DNA of 57,192 nt, filler included, from Jimgerdemannia flammicorona (lineage: Eukaryota), in assembly GCA_003990765.1 (NCBI GenBank). It is 3 parts of 3 records of this genome, joined end to end, with 100 filler letters (N's around TTAATTAATTAA, not from the genome) between each part and the next. Parts side by side here need not be neighbours in the genome. Positions count along the whole stretch, not along the records: positions 38,199 to 57,192 come from RBNJ01002055.1; 2 more parts are not named here. One strand, given 5' to 3'. Below, one piece after another: positions 38,852 to 51,617 of this stretch. The notes below the pieces were generated by a model. It searched no databases. It was not told where the DNA came from and saw only the letters and a program-made list of their open reading frames with translations. Within the stretch, counting starts at the first letter, position 1. Every line of letters starts with the position of its first letter. The translations under genes were made by a program, and so were the position numbers.

Positions 38852-41800
38852 TTATCCTGAAGGATGGAATACCAGAAGTTTTTTACTTTATTACTATCAA
38901 GGGTGATAGTGGACTGGACTTCTATAGCCATTCTGGTTTCTAGTATGTTGATATGGTGGGCTGACAGGTCTCTAAAGTCTGAGACTCTAATATACACTAA
39001 GTTGGGGATCAATCATGATACTGAAGATCTGATGAATCTTCTTAGCTGTTCTTGTTTTGCATATATCTATGAGAGTGGCATCTTATAGCTCTTGAGTACT
39101 GGTCTGTAGAAATTCCCAGCAGAGGAGGTTTCCTATTTCATACTTCTACCACATTTGGAGGCATTCAGTAGTAATGGTGATCCTTGTTTCTATTTTACAG
39201 CAGTAGAGGATATAATGATAAGAGTCACCAGTACCCAGATTGATACTAGGAGACCTTCTTGAGAGGTCCTTATGGTTCTTCTGATGTCTTGGAACATTCT
39301 TTCTTCAACTGAGATACCTTAGTGGTTTCTTGACCTTGAGGTTTAGTGAGCAGCTTATAGTAAGTCTTTGAGCTATTTTGGGATTGGTGGGTCTTATTGG
39401 TTGCTGCTACTGCAGTTCCTTGAACCGTCTTTTATATTTCTCAAGATATCTGAACTATGGTCACAATGACTCACAGTTGGTCATCATCACTCATCTCATA
39501 TGCCTTATGATCTTCTTGTACTCTGATCTGATGACTTGTAAGAAAAAGCAGTCTCTTATGCTGATGTCATCATTCTGAGATCACCATTATATCTTCTTTC
39601 TGAATAAGGATCTTCTTAAGTATCCTTATTCATTGGTCCAGTTTTGAAAAATTTGCTGATCCCATAATCTCTGGCAAGGGGTTGAAAAGTGGTGTTTATG
39701 GGCTGGTATCTTCTCTATGTATTTTGGTGTGATGATGAAGAGTCACTCTCTTTATATAAAGCAAAGACCTAATTCTGATCTTGACTAATCAGTTGATGGT
39801 TTGAACTCCTCTGGCTTTGAAAGTCTCATGAATGAGTAGTTGCTAGTGCTGTATCTCTTAGAGAATGGTCCAGACAGATAGCCTGCTAGTCATGGGACAT
39901 GCTGTTATGATTCATGGACTAGAACCTTGTGGGCAGTCATCACATTTTACTTCTCTTACATAGATTCATGGTACTTCTTGAGTCTGTTCCTATGTACTAT
40001 GGTAGACAGTATGGTCTCTGAGATTTTTCTAAGCCAGAAGGTAGTTCTCTTGATATCTTACACATAGAAGGGTTCTTCCCATTTGGGCTCTAGTTTTCAT
40101 AACCATGAGGCTTCTACCATATTTCAATACAGTAGAACCTTTTCTCTGATTTGGATGGGTTCTAGGATCTTGTGATTCTTTTCTACATTCTTTTTTATCA
40201 GTACTTATGACTTGATGATGTAATCTTCAGCCTTCTTTCTGATTTGGTATAGTCTCCAGATTTCTGCATCAACCCATCTCCAAGTTAGGTCTAGATTTGT
40301 GGCTAAGGTTCCATCAGAATCTTCTTCTCCAAAGAGCAGTTCTCTTGGGGTAAAGTGTGTGCTCTATGACTGTATGTCTTGTAGGACAGAGAGGACAGTT
40401 GGGAGATAATTATCCCAATTCTCATATATCTCTAAGATCTTTGCTAGGATGTTCTTGAGGGTCTTGTTGGTTCTCTCTGTCTGTCCATTTCCTTGAGAGT
40501 GGTACATAGTGGTCTTAATGTACTGGATCTTGTATTTCTGATATATTATCTCATAGAATCTATTGACAAATTCTGTGCCATGGTCTGTTGTGATTTGCTT
40601 CAGTGTCTTGTAGCAGCAGATAATTTCTCAGTACAGGAAGTTAGCTATAGAGAGGGCATTGGCTTCTTGTAATGCTCCTGCTTCTATCCATTTGGTAAAG
40701 AGGTCTACAATAACTATAATATAGCAGTTTCCTGATAGTATTACTGGTAGTGGCCCAATGATATCCATTGCAATGTGGTGGAAGGGGATAGGCTCAATTC
40801 TTGATGACCCAGGTGTCTGGTCTTGCTGATCTTATTTCTGTTTTTGGCACTTGTCACACTCTTTGACAAATTAGTGCAGGTCTTCTTCTATCTTGGGCCA
40901 CTATATGGTTCTTCTTGCCTTATCAAATGTGTTGGTTCCTCTTAGGTGTCCTTGCTCATGTACTTCCTTCATTACTTGATACTTCTTATGTTCAGATATT
41001 ACTAACTTTCCTCCTTTTCTGAGTGTAGTGTTGTCTAGTTCGAACTGTTCCCAAGTCTGGTTGATGATGGTGATTGTCCAGGATTCAAGGTGGTTGGACA
41101 TCTTCTGCTGCCCAAGATAGCTGATTAATCCATAGTATAGCTCCTTATTCATATTGAATAGTCTTAGTGGGGGTGTTTTGGGGTATCCTTGAGAGTGCAT
41201 TAGCATTGGTGTTGGTTCTTCCTGGGTAGTACTCGATAGTACAGTTATACTCTTACAGCCTGTAGATCCATCTGGTATATATTCCTTTGGGGTTCAGAGT
41301 ATGGAATAGCCAGGCAAGAGCAGAATGGTCTGTTTGAATAGTAAAGTATTTCTCAGCTAGGTAGTAGTGGAACTTGTCTACTGCCCAAACTACTGCTAAG
41401 CATTGAGTTTGCATGACTCATAGTTCTGTTCCACTCTGTGGATACCTTGGCTTGCATAAGAGATAACATATTCATATCCATCTTTCTTCTGAGCTAGGAC
41501 TGCTCTAAGTCCTATAGTACTTGCATCTGTCTGCAGGATGAATTCTAGGTTCCAATCTGGTCTTCTGAGGATAGGTACTTGGGTCAACCTAGTCTTGAGT
41601 TCATTGAAGATTTCTTAGTACTTCTTAGTCTATTCAAATTTGGTTTCTTTCTTCAGTAGCTCATAGATAGGTGTGGTAATGTTGGAATATCCTTTGATGA
41701 ATCTTCTGTAGTAGCTGGTCAGTCTAAGGAAGGCATGGACTTCTGTGGTTGTTCTGGGTCTCAGGTAGGCTGCAACAGCCTCAATCGTTATAGAGTCTAT

Positions 41801-44800
41801 GTGGATTCCAGTCTGGTTGATGAGGTGTCCTAGATAGGTGATTTCTTGAGCTGCAAACTTATATTTCTTGGGCTTGATGTAAAGGCCATGCTCCTTGAGC
41901 TTCTTGAGGGCTAGTTGTATATGATTGACATGTTCCCATACAGTATTACTGAAGATGATCACATTATCAACATAGACAAAAAGCCATTTTCCAATCTCAT
42001 TGCTGAAGACTCTGTTTATCATTTACTGAAAACTTGCTAGGGTATTGTACATTCCAAATAGCATTCACAGATAGATATAGGTGATATCAGGTATGATGAA
42101 GACTGATTTCTCACTAGCATCTTGAGTGAGACCAATCTGATAGAAGTCTGAGAATAGATCTAAGGTGGTGTAGTATTTGGCTTCACTTCTAAGAGTGGTA
42201 AGGATTTTTTGAATATTTGGTAAGGGCTGCCTATCCTTCTTGGTGATGGTATTGAGCTTCCTGTAGTCAATGCAGAGTCTTGGTGCAAACTCTCCAGGCT
42301 TGCTTCCTTTCTTCAGAGCAAGGACAATAGGTGAAGCCCAGGGGCTGATAGCTTGCTTGATGATTCCAGCTTCTTCTATTTCCTTGAGTTCTACTCACAG
42401 CCATTCTCTGTAGACAGGTGATATGGGTCTGGCTTTCTGGTAGATGGGCTTGGTATCACTAGTGTCAACTTTGTGGTAGTACTTGGATTCTTGATTGTGG
42501 ATATCCCTAAAGTCTGTAGCAAGTACTCCTTCATTCTAGTATAGGATCTTGAGAAGTTGTTCTTTCAGGGGAAAGTTTTCTCCAATAGTATATATGTGCT
42601 TATTCTGGTCCTTGTCTTTCTTGTGCTCAAGTTCGGTAATCTTAGTAGTAGCATAGGCTCCTCTTCTAATAGATCTAAAGCCTTGTTCTCCTCTCTTGGT
42701 CTTGATGAGTTCAATGGCTTCAATGATCTTGGGTTTCTTGATTTTATGGATCAGCATCTGGCCAATCCTATCATGCTTCTTGACTTTGAATAGAGTAGTG
42801 GGGTTGTGATTTCTGACTATGAGGAAGATCTTGCCAGTATAATCAGGGTCAATTATTCCTTCTTCAACTGAGATTTTGCTTTTGGCCAGACTACTTCTAG
42901 TCTTGATAATTCTGGCATAGTTCTCTGGTAGCTTGACTCCAATTCCAGTGTCAAGTAGGGTAGTGGTCTGTGGTTTGAGGGTAGCATCTTAAATGCTGGC
43001 AAGGTCTATTCCTATGGCTCCTTTAGTCTTGTATTCTGGCATCTTGGCTTCAGGATGAAACTTCTTAACCTTGAGAGTGATATCTGATTCTTATTCCTCC
43101 TCATCATCACTGTCAGCTTGAAGCTCTGAGGGCTGGTCATCTTCTTCAGCTTTCCTTTTTGCTTCAGTGGCTTCTTGCTCATATTTCTATTGGCAGATTT
43201 TTCTGACTTCACTGATACAGGACCAGCAGTCATTCAGGTGTTCAGAGCAGTACATTCTAGTACCATGGGGACATCTTCCTTGAGGGGCATAGCTATCAAT
43301 GATCTTATTGTACCACTGCTTATCTGTGAGCTTGGGTGTCTTATTCTTGTTCTTGTTCACCAAGTGTATGAAGACCTCTGTGTCCTCTTCATCTTCTTTC
43401 TCTATGTCTGATAAGACTCCTTTGTAGACATTGATAGAGACTCATACCTTTCTTCCTCTATAGTTGATCTGCATCTTCTGAGCATTGAGGTTAACGATAG
43501 TCTTGGCCTTATAAAGCTATTGGTTGCCAATGAGGATGTCATAGTTGGTGGTACTTATAACAATCATATCTACTGGGGTGGTAGCTCTTCTATCTTGATG
43601 GAGACTTCTTGGATTTTACCAAGAGGGGTAGCTCATGTACCATCTGCTGTAACATAGACCATCTTGGTGGACTCTTCAATGTCTCAGCTTAGGCAGTCAA
43701 TTGCCTTCTTGCTCATAAGGCATCCTCTAGCACTGGTATCAATGATAGCATCAAAGATACAGTCTTTGATCTGATATGGGGTATAGGCTGATGTCTTGTG
43801 CTGGTCTTTGGATTCTTTACCTGAGTTTTCAGATTATTTCTATATATTGTGAGCTTCTACAATCTTATACTCTTGATTCTTGATAATAGTTGCAAGTCTT
43901 ACTCTCAACTGCTGTCTGAAGGCAGAGACTTTGGCTAGCTGTCCAAAAGTAGCATTGACCTTCTGTTCCTTGAGATCCTTGTAGATATCATACTGGTGGA
44001 TCTTGGTCTTGTATAGCTTCTGTTCCTTCTTGCTTTCACTTTCTCCTGAGACTAGAGTAGTGCCTTCAATAATTTTGTGAGCAGCTTTATCTAACTCCAT
44101 GTCTTGATCAATCTCCTTGGGTTGAGTTTTGCTTTGAATAGTGACAGCTGGGGTCTTCTTTGGTCTTCCAACTGACTTGCTGTTGCTCTTCTTGTCATAG
44201 GGCTTAGACCAGGTTCTGATACCTTCAATAGCAGAGTAGAATTCAAGCTCCTCATAGTATTCTTCATCATCAGTATCACTAATCTCCTCAATGACTACTG
44301 CATTGGTTTGTTCTCTGGTTCTGCTAGCATTACTTGGTTGGGCTTTGCATCTTGTTTCAGTCATATAATTCTTTGCATAGTGGCCTTCTTCTCCACATCT
44401 GAAGTATATGATATTGCATTCTTCTGTAGCAGCTACAAATCTCTACACTGGTCTCCTGTTGGTACTTCAGACTTCTCTAATAACATCACCAAGGTGTGCA
44501 GTCATCTTGGTGAACTGCTTGACAAGTTTCTCCACTGGGTCAGCTTTGGTTGTCTTGGGGGTAGGTGGGGTTGGTTGTCTGTTTATAACTATAGCAGGTA
44601 TGATACTAGTTAGCTTTGATGGCTCCATCTTGATGCCAGTTATTTTCTCTATTGAATGTTCAGCAGGGTGTCTGGCAGTCTAATATCTCTGTACAAAGAC
44701 CACTTTCTGATCAAGGGTCAGTGTAGCTGGAGTAGACCAGATTGCTAGGGCAATTTCAGGGTGAACTCCTTTGAGGAAGGTTGAGTCTGCTATTTGTTCC

Positions 44801-47800
44801 TTAAGGGTATCATCATAGTTAGCCAAGACAATCTGGTGGCAGATTCAGGTATAGAATGAGTTGAGATCTTTACTAAGTCTCTGGCAGATAGTGTTGAGTT
44901 GATCCTTGAGAGCTTGCTTAATCTCTTCAGTATAGTATGTTGTTCTGAGGAAGGCCTTCATGTTGGAAAGTTTGGCTGCACTATTATTGGCAATAGTGGC
45001 TATATTGAACTTATCTCTGGCAGGTCCTCTGAGGCTGACTAGTAAAAGGACCAATTGTACATCCATACCAAGGGCTCATACAGTGGCAAATTGTTCAAAG
45101 TCTTCAATGAAGGTCAGGATTGACTCTTCAGTAGTATATCTATAGAATGTGGGGGGGTATATTTCCATCTTGTCTTGAATTCTTGCAGGGGTGACCCTTG
45201 TAGTCAGGATAGTTGTTGTGGGGGTTATTCATTTTTCAGCTTGAAAGTGAGAGATTCATCTTGAATTACTAGCCAATGGGCACCAAGTTGTCACATAGTG
45301 GTCACTGAGTCCTTCAAATATGCCAGATTCTCTTCAAGGTGTATCTCTTAGACTAACTCAAGTTTTTTATAAGCAAGTTCTTATTGGAGTGCCTTTCCAA
45401 GGTCTTATAATTCTCAAACTTCTTATCTTTAACTGTCTTGTTATCTCTTAGATTTCTTGCAAGAGATTGTGTATATATGAACTAGAACTGACTTTATTTC
45501 AGAGGAAATAAGAGGAGTATTTATACAAAATATAATTCAATAGTTGCTAAGATATAAAGCTAAATATAAATTCAATAACTAAAATAAAATGTCAGAACAG
45601 AAAAAACTACTAAGTTCCAGGGTCAGCACTGATGATTGTATAGGTTCAGGATGCTAGTATAATTCAGTGTCACATCAGAATGCTGGTGCTGGCATTATTC
45701 AGTATTACATCAAAATGTCAGTGCTGATATTATTCAGTGTTACCAAGAGACTTAGAGCAGAATGTTCAGAACTATGGGGGCTTCATCCTCATCATTACTG
45801 AAGGAGATGAGATCTATAAATTCATCATTGTTGTATAGATTGTACTTTATGCATATCATGCATCTCACATATGTTGCATGGGATGATGTCATTACCAATG
45901 ACATCATCACATTTGGTGGCAGAGAAATCAGGGGCTCTCCAATCTATAAGGTTCTCTTCCACAAAATAGGAGACAAATGTGGGGTCTTGGGGGGGTCTAA
46001 CCTAGATACTTGGATCTTGGAATACTGAGATTAATCCTTGCAGGAATTGGTCTGGGTTATCCTGAAAGATGGGATACCAGAAGTCTTCTACTTTGTCACT
46101 GTCAAGGGTTGTAAGCACATAATCTCTAAGCCACCAAAATCACATATCATCTTCAGAACTAATTTGGAAACCATATATAAGACTACAAAACAAGTTACTG
46201 AAGAGATCATCTGATTATACAAAATATGTCTGCCAGTACAAGAACCTACCACCAAGATATAAGAATACTAGCAGAAGTACTACAACCATAAGACTGACTC
46301 TGAACTGCTATAACTAGTTTAGTATATAGTACTATTATAAAAGGAAGCCGAAAGTACCAAAATCAAACCAAGATAAGAAGAACTCTATCTCATCTATCAA
46401 AAGGTTCATGAATTGCACTTATCAACCCAAGATCAAGATATACTGTAACTATACAAGACCTCATTACTTAGCAGAAGTAAAACACATTTGAACAACTCTG
46501 TTTGCTCTATCTGTATCACCTCTATTAGAGAGTGACAGATGCTTCATCTGAACTCAAGAAAGCTAACATCATCAAAACCAATCTCAAGCCATCTACATGA
46601 CAGATATTACTACTAGAAATTGCCTTAGATTATAGAAAATATCATTTCCGAGAGGTTCAAACCCCCAGCCATAACATTGAGAGCCCTCACCCTAGACAAG
46701 GATGGCCAGTCCTCACAAATATGCCAGTAGACCAAAAAAAAAGAGAACCAAGACCTGTTATTCTTGTACAACTACTGTCACCAAGGATAGCCTTAATCTT
46801 GCAAGAGATAGAAGTGATGATACCTTGAAGCTGATGATGTCAGAAGTCAGAAAACTGCTCAGACTTTGCTAGTGATGATGTCATCAATAGATATCATCAA
46901 AGACTAACCAGACAGCATCTAAACCTATAAATAGCTTAGCAGTCATAGTATAGTTAGATTAGCCTTATATGATGTAACTGTGAACTGACTCAGCAGTCAG
47001 ATGATCTCTTGATATGTCAGATCACACTTGTACTATGTAACTATATTCTGACTCAGCAAGGCACTAAGTACTACATCCATATCTAGTATAGTCCAGATAG
47101 CCCCTCATCAGTATAAATACCTCCTCTCCCAGACCTCAGAATCACAGACTTAAAGACTCAAACAAATAAGAACATTTCTGAATATTTTTCCACAATATCC
47201 CTTTACATAACTACTTCTAGTATAGAAATATTATGAATAGCAAATAAACCTATTTAATAACCCACAAACTACTCTTAAGTAAATCTACTTCCTGTTAGGT
47301 TCCACTCCTAACTCTATCACAAAATTTCCTAATTGGGTATTTTCTGCAATGATACATCAATTCAACTAAGCTGGTCTTAGTTTCTTGAACTTCCTGAAAT
47401 ACAAAAAATCCTGAACATCTAGAACTAGTCTGAAAAAGGACTTTGGTTGAGATATCAACCTGATCTTGAAATCAATAAGCATAGAGGATATACTCTATAT
47501 AAAATTGATCTTGACCATAAGAAAATGGTCTTCCAGAATATCCAGAACTTCCAGAAAACTCTTCCAGAACTATGTAATGATTACTCAAAAAAGGCAATCC
47601 TCTTACAAGAGTGATAGTGGACTGGGCTTCTGTAGCCACTCTGGCTTCTAGTGCATTGATATGGTAGACTGACAGGTCTCTGAAGTCTGAGACTCTAACA
47701 TACTCCAAGTTGGGAATTGATCATGATGTATGCCTAAAGATCTGATAAATCTTCTTAGCTGTCCTTATTTTGTGTATATCCATAGAAGTGGTATCTTGTA

Positions 47801-48315
47801 GCTCTTGAGTACTGGTCTGTGTGAACTCCCGGTAGAGGAGGTTTCCTATTTCATACTTCTGCCACATTTGGAGGCATTCAGTAGCAATAGTGATCCTTGT
47901 TTCCATTTTATGGCAGTAGAGAATATAATGATAAGAGTTACCAGTACTCAGGTTGACACTAGGAGTCTTCTTGAGTAGGTCCTTATGGCTCTTCTGATGT
48001 CTTGGAACATCCTTTCTTCAACTGAGATACCTTGGTAGTTTCTTGACCTTGAGGTTTGGCAAGCAGCAGACATTTTGTTTATAGTAAGTCTTTGAGCTAT
48101 TTTGGGATTGGTGGGTCTTATTGGTTACTGCTACTACAGTTCCTTAATCCTTCTTTTATATTCCTTAAGATATCTGAACTGTGGTTGCAATGACTCACAG
48201 TTGGTCATCATTGCTCATCTCATATGCTGTATGATCTTCTTGTGCTCTGATCTGGTAGCTTGTAAGAAAAGGCTGTCTCCTGTACTGATGTCATTATTCT
48301 GGGATCACTATTATA
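38852..48315 (-). mobile_element. Element D: second, more mutated copy of the C family; 3' LTR truncated (38852-39591); 5' LTR 45289-48315 interrupted
   Basis: Colinear with 21210-29203 throughout; PBS TGGTGCCCATTGG at 45285-45273. Confidence 0.93.
46110..47607 (+). mobile_element. Solo LTR of a B-related family inserted in the D 5' LTR
   Basis: TGTAAGC...CTCTTACA; TSD AGGGT/AGAGT; 46870-47607 matches the reverse complement of 1881-2620, and 46110-46150 matches the opposite LTR end. Confidence 0.9.
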
Positions 48316-48544
48316 CTATGGGAATATTACAGAGCTTGCTGATACTTTCTTGGATATATTATATATTCTAGAGATAGGAAAGAATCTCTTTTCAATTAGC
48401 AAAATGATAGTCTGTAATAACAAAGAAATATATATATCTAATAAGAGCAATGATATATAGTTTGAAGAATAATAAGAAGATCATAATGGTGTCAAAATGA
48501 GAAAATCTTTATATGATCAATGGTATACTGAGTAGTATAAAGAC

Positions 48545-48899
48545 TAGTACTCCTAATAAATTGAATCAAATCAAAGATCTAATTTAATTTGATTCAAATC
48601 AAATTAAAGGTTCAATTTGATTTATATAAGATATAATTCAAACTCTATTTTTTGAAATATAATAACTCAATGAAAACATATCCAATTTTATAATCTTTAG
48701 CTTATTAGATTTCTCTATATTAAGAGAAATCTAATAGACTAAAGATTGTTAAATTTAGATATATTTTCATCAAGTTATTATATTTTGAAAAATAGAGTTT
48801 AAATTGGACCCTTAATTTAATTCAATTTAAACTTTATTTAAATTGAAAAATCTTCAATTTGATTTAATTTGAATTGATTTAATTCATTTGAAAGTACTA
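48545..48899. mobile_element. Palindromic hAT-type MITE copy
   Basis: TAGTACTC...AAGTACTA termini and the same hairpin centre (~48718); TSD not recognisable. Confidence 0.78.
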
Positions 48900-49859
48900 T
48901 TTCTCAGTAGCTAGATATAGTTATAATATAATTATACTATCAGATAGCAGTATTTTCTCAGAGAAGAGTGGTAGTAAATTAGACTTATATATCTTCTTCT
49001 ATTCTTATAAGTTTGAAGTATTGGTCCAATTGAAATATCTAGGCATCAGTTGGCAGTTCTCCTTGATGACTATTAGAGATATCTAATTTGAGTAACTTGA
49101 AACTAACAGGTATAATTATAGAATACATTGATATTATACTTTTTGTTTTCTGTTATTCAAGCTATACTTATAGATATTAGAGCTAGTATATTATAATAGT
49201 AATTATTTCTGTTAGATCCACTTGTATCTCTGGATCTGTATCTTCTATTGTAATAAATTCAGACTAATTGGCTAATTTATTTTAGATTCATATAACTTGT
49301 TATAACTAGTTTCTTAATTTATATAGTTTCTTAATAGAGTAAGATATATCTTTACTACTACTATTAAGTATAATAGTTCTAGTTTCTTTAAGAAAAAGTA
49401 GTCTGGTAGACCTAAAGTAGCTTAAAGAAATACTTACTTATAGGTTTAAGAGATCTTAAAGGATTTCTAGAGAAAATAAACTATACTTTATTTAAGCAGA
49501 ATATAGAGATATTTATATAAATCTAAAAGAAGAATCTGGAAGAATCTTAGAAATAAAAAGAAAAAAAAAAACTATGAAATAAATTCTTGATAAAGATAAC
49601 TAATAGAATTTTATAATATTCCAAAAGGTTTTATAACTAGTTAAGATAAGATACTTGGTACTGAGAAAAGATAAGAATATTTTAGTGAAGTCTTAATACT
49701 AAGAGAGAATTTCTAAGTATTTAGAGGATATTATAATATTGTGAAATATTTAAGAAAAGATAAGAAAAAACTAAAGAAAAAGATACAAAATAGACTATAA
49801 CTAAGAAATACTAAGAAATTGTTATATTAGCTAAGTTTATATATAATAATAGTATAAGT

Positions 49860-50400
49860 ACAAGTACTAAAATGATCTCATTCTATCTGAACTACAGATG
49901 ATACTCTTGGATTCCCACAACTATTATATAAGTCATAATACTAGCTATACAAAGAATTATCAATACTATATAAAGTAATATTCAGTAAACACAAGATACT
50001 CTCATAGAAGTATAATGAATATAAGCTATATATACTAATAAAATAGAAAAGAAATTATCTAAAAAAGATAAATATATATTACTTGGTACATAATACTTAA
50101 TTCTAAATAATATAGAATCAAAGAAAAAACTCAGACTTTACTATATTGGACCATTTAAGATCTTAAAAAAGTATAGTCCTATTATATATAAGTTAAATCT
50201 TTTAATAACTCTAAAAAGAATCTACTCAGTATTTTATATATATTTCAACTTTAGCTATATATTACAAATACTTTAATAAAAGAATTATACTATCTTCAGA
50301 TCTAATTATTATTAACTAAGAACTAGAAAATAAAGTTGATTATATTTTAAATCATAAGAATCAACAATTTAGATATATAAGCTACTAAGCCTATAATAAT
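49860..50400 (+). pseudogene. Heavily AT-mutated chromovirus integrase C-terminus and chromodomain fragment
   Basis: KKLRLYYIGPFKILKKYSPIIYKLNL...RIYSVFY (GPF motif), then ELENKVDYILNHK. Confidence 0.6.
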
Positions 50401-50689
50401 GATTATATAGAATCTCTTATACTTTATTTATTATAAATATATTAATTATATATTTTATTTGGAAATTTATAAGATAAATATAATCTTTATTAATACCTTG
50501 TAATCTTTTACTATATGTAAATATAAAGTAAAGCAAAAGAAAAAAAGAAGAGAAGGAAGAATATTATTTATTAATCCAAATTACTTATATTTTTATATAC
50601 TTAAATTAGTGATATAATTATATATAAGCTATATATAAGCTATAACTTATTGAGATACAAAATAATTAGAATTTAAATAGAAGTATTTA

Positions 50690-51617
50690 TAGCCAATGAG
50701 CTGGTAGTTAATAGATATTAATAAGGTATAGAACTGGGCTGGAGTCTGGTCTTAGAGGGCAGCAGTATAGTAGTAGCTTTTTCTGAAGTTCTAGATAGTA
50801 TAGTGATATATCTTAAGGAGAAATATTATGTTAAACTTTAGATTAAGATACTTGATAAAAGGAGGTATTTTTGAACATAAAGATTGTTATAATGTAAAGT
50901 AAGAGAGAGAGATTATATAGATGCTTAAATATTGGCTGGGTGAGTACAAAGTACTTAGTGACTTCAGAGTAATAGTTGGAGATTGTCTAAAGGTAAGGCA
51001 GCAAGATAGTAGAGAGAGAGAGAGATAAGATAACTTGAGAAAGTAGTTAGTGGAGTATATTAGTAATGAGTGACTTACTATTGAGTAGATGTTAGTGATA
51101 TAAGTGAAGTTGGCTAGATACTAGTAGTATATATTCAAAGATAGAAGATGGATGGTTTTGGAGAAAAGAATAGTAAGATAGGAGAGATTGATGATAGATA
51201 TTTTATCAGACTAGTGGAGGGAGATGAGGCCCTCAAGAGAGTTACTATAGATATCTGGTAAAAGAGATATATAAGAGAAGTAGTGAGCAGATTGAGGTAG
51301 TTAATAATATAGTAGTTTTTAAGAAGATAGGGGTGGGGAAGAGAGAGTATATTGGGGTAGAGTAGAGTAAAGTTGGGTTGAGACTGCTAGTATAGTATGA
51401 GTAGTACTCTCAATGAATTGAATTGAATCAAATTTGATCCAAATTCAATTTGATTTGATCAAATCAAAGGTTCAATTTGATTTAATTCAATTCAAATGAC
51501 CCTCAATTTGATTTGATTTGAATTGATTCAATTTATTTGAGAGTACTAGATATGAGAATTATGTATTTATTATAGATTAGTTAATAAAGAGACCTAGTGC
51601 TTATGGAAAAAAAAAAA
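50690..51617 (+). mobile_element. 3' fragment of a degenerate LINE with poly(A), carrying a MITE insertion
   Basis: NWAGVWS...RLRYL...HKDC resembles the C-terminal zinc-binding region of LINE ORF2; A-tail at 51607-51617; homologous to 29588-30560. Confidence 0.5.
51402..51548. mobile_element. Short internally deleted hAT-type MITE
   Basis: TAGTACTCTCAA...TTGAGAGTACTA; flanks AGTATGAG / GATATGAG (8-bp TSD with two A/G differences). Confidence 0.75.
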
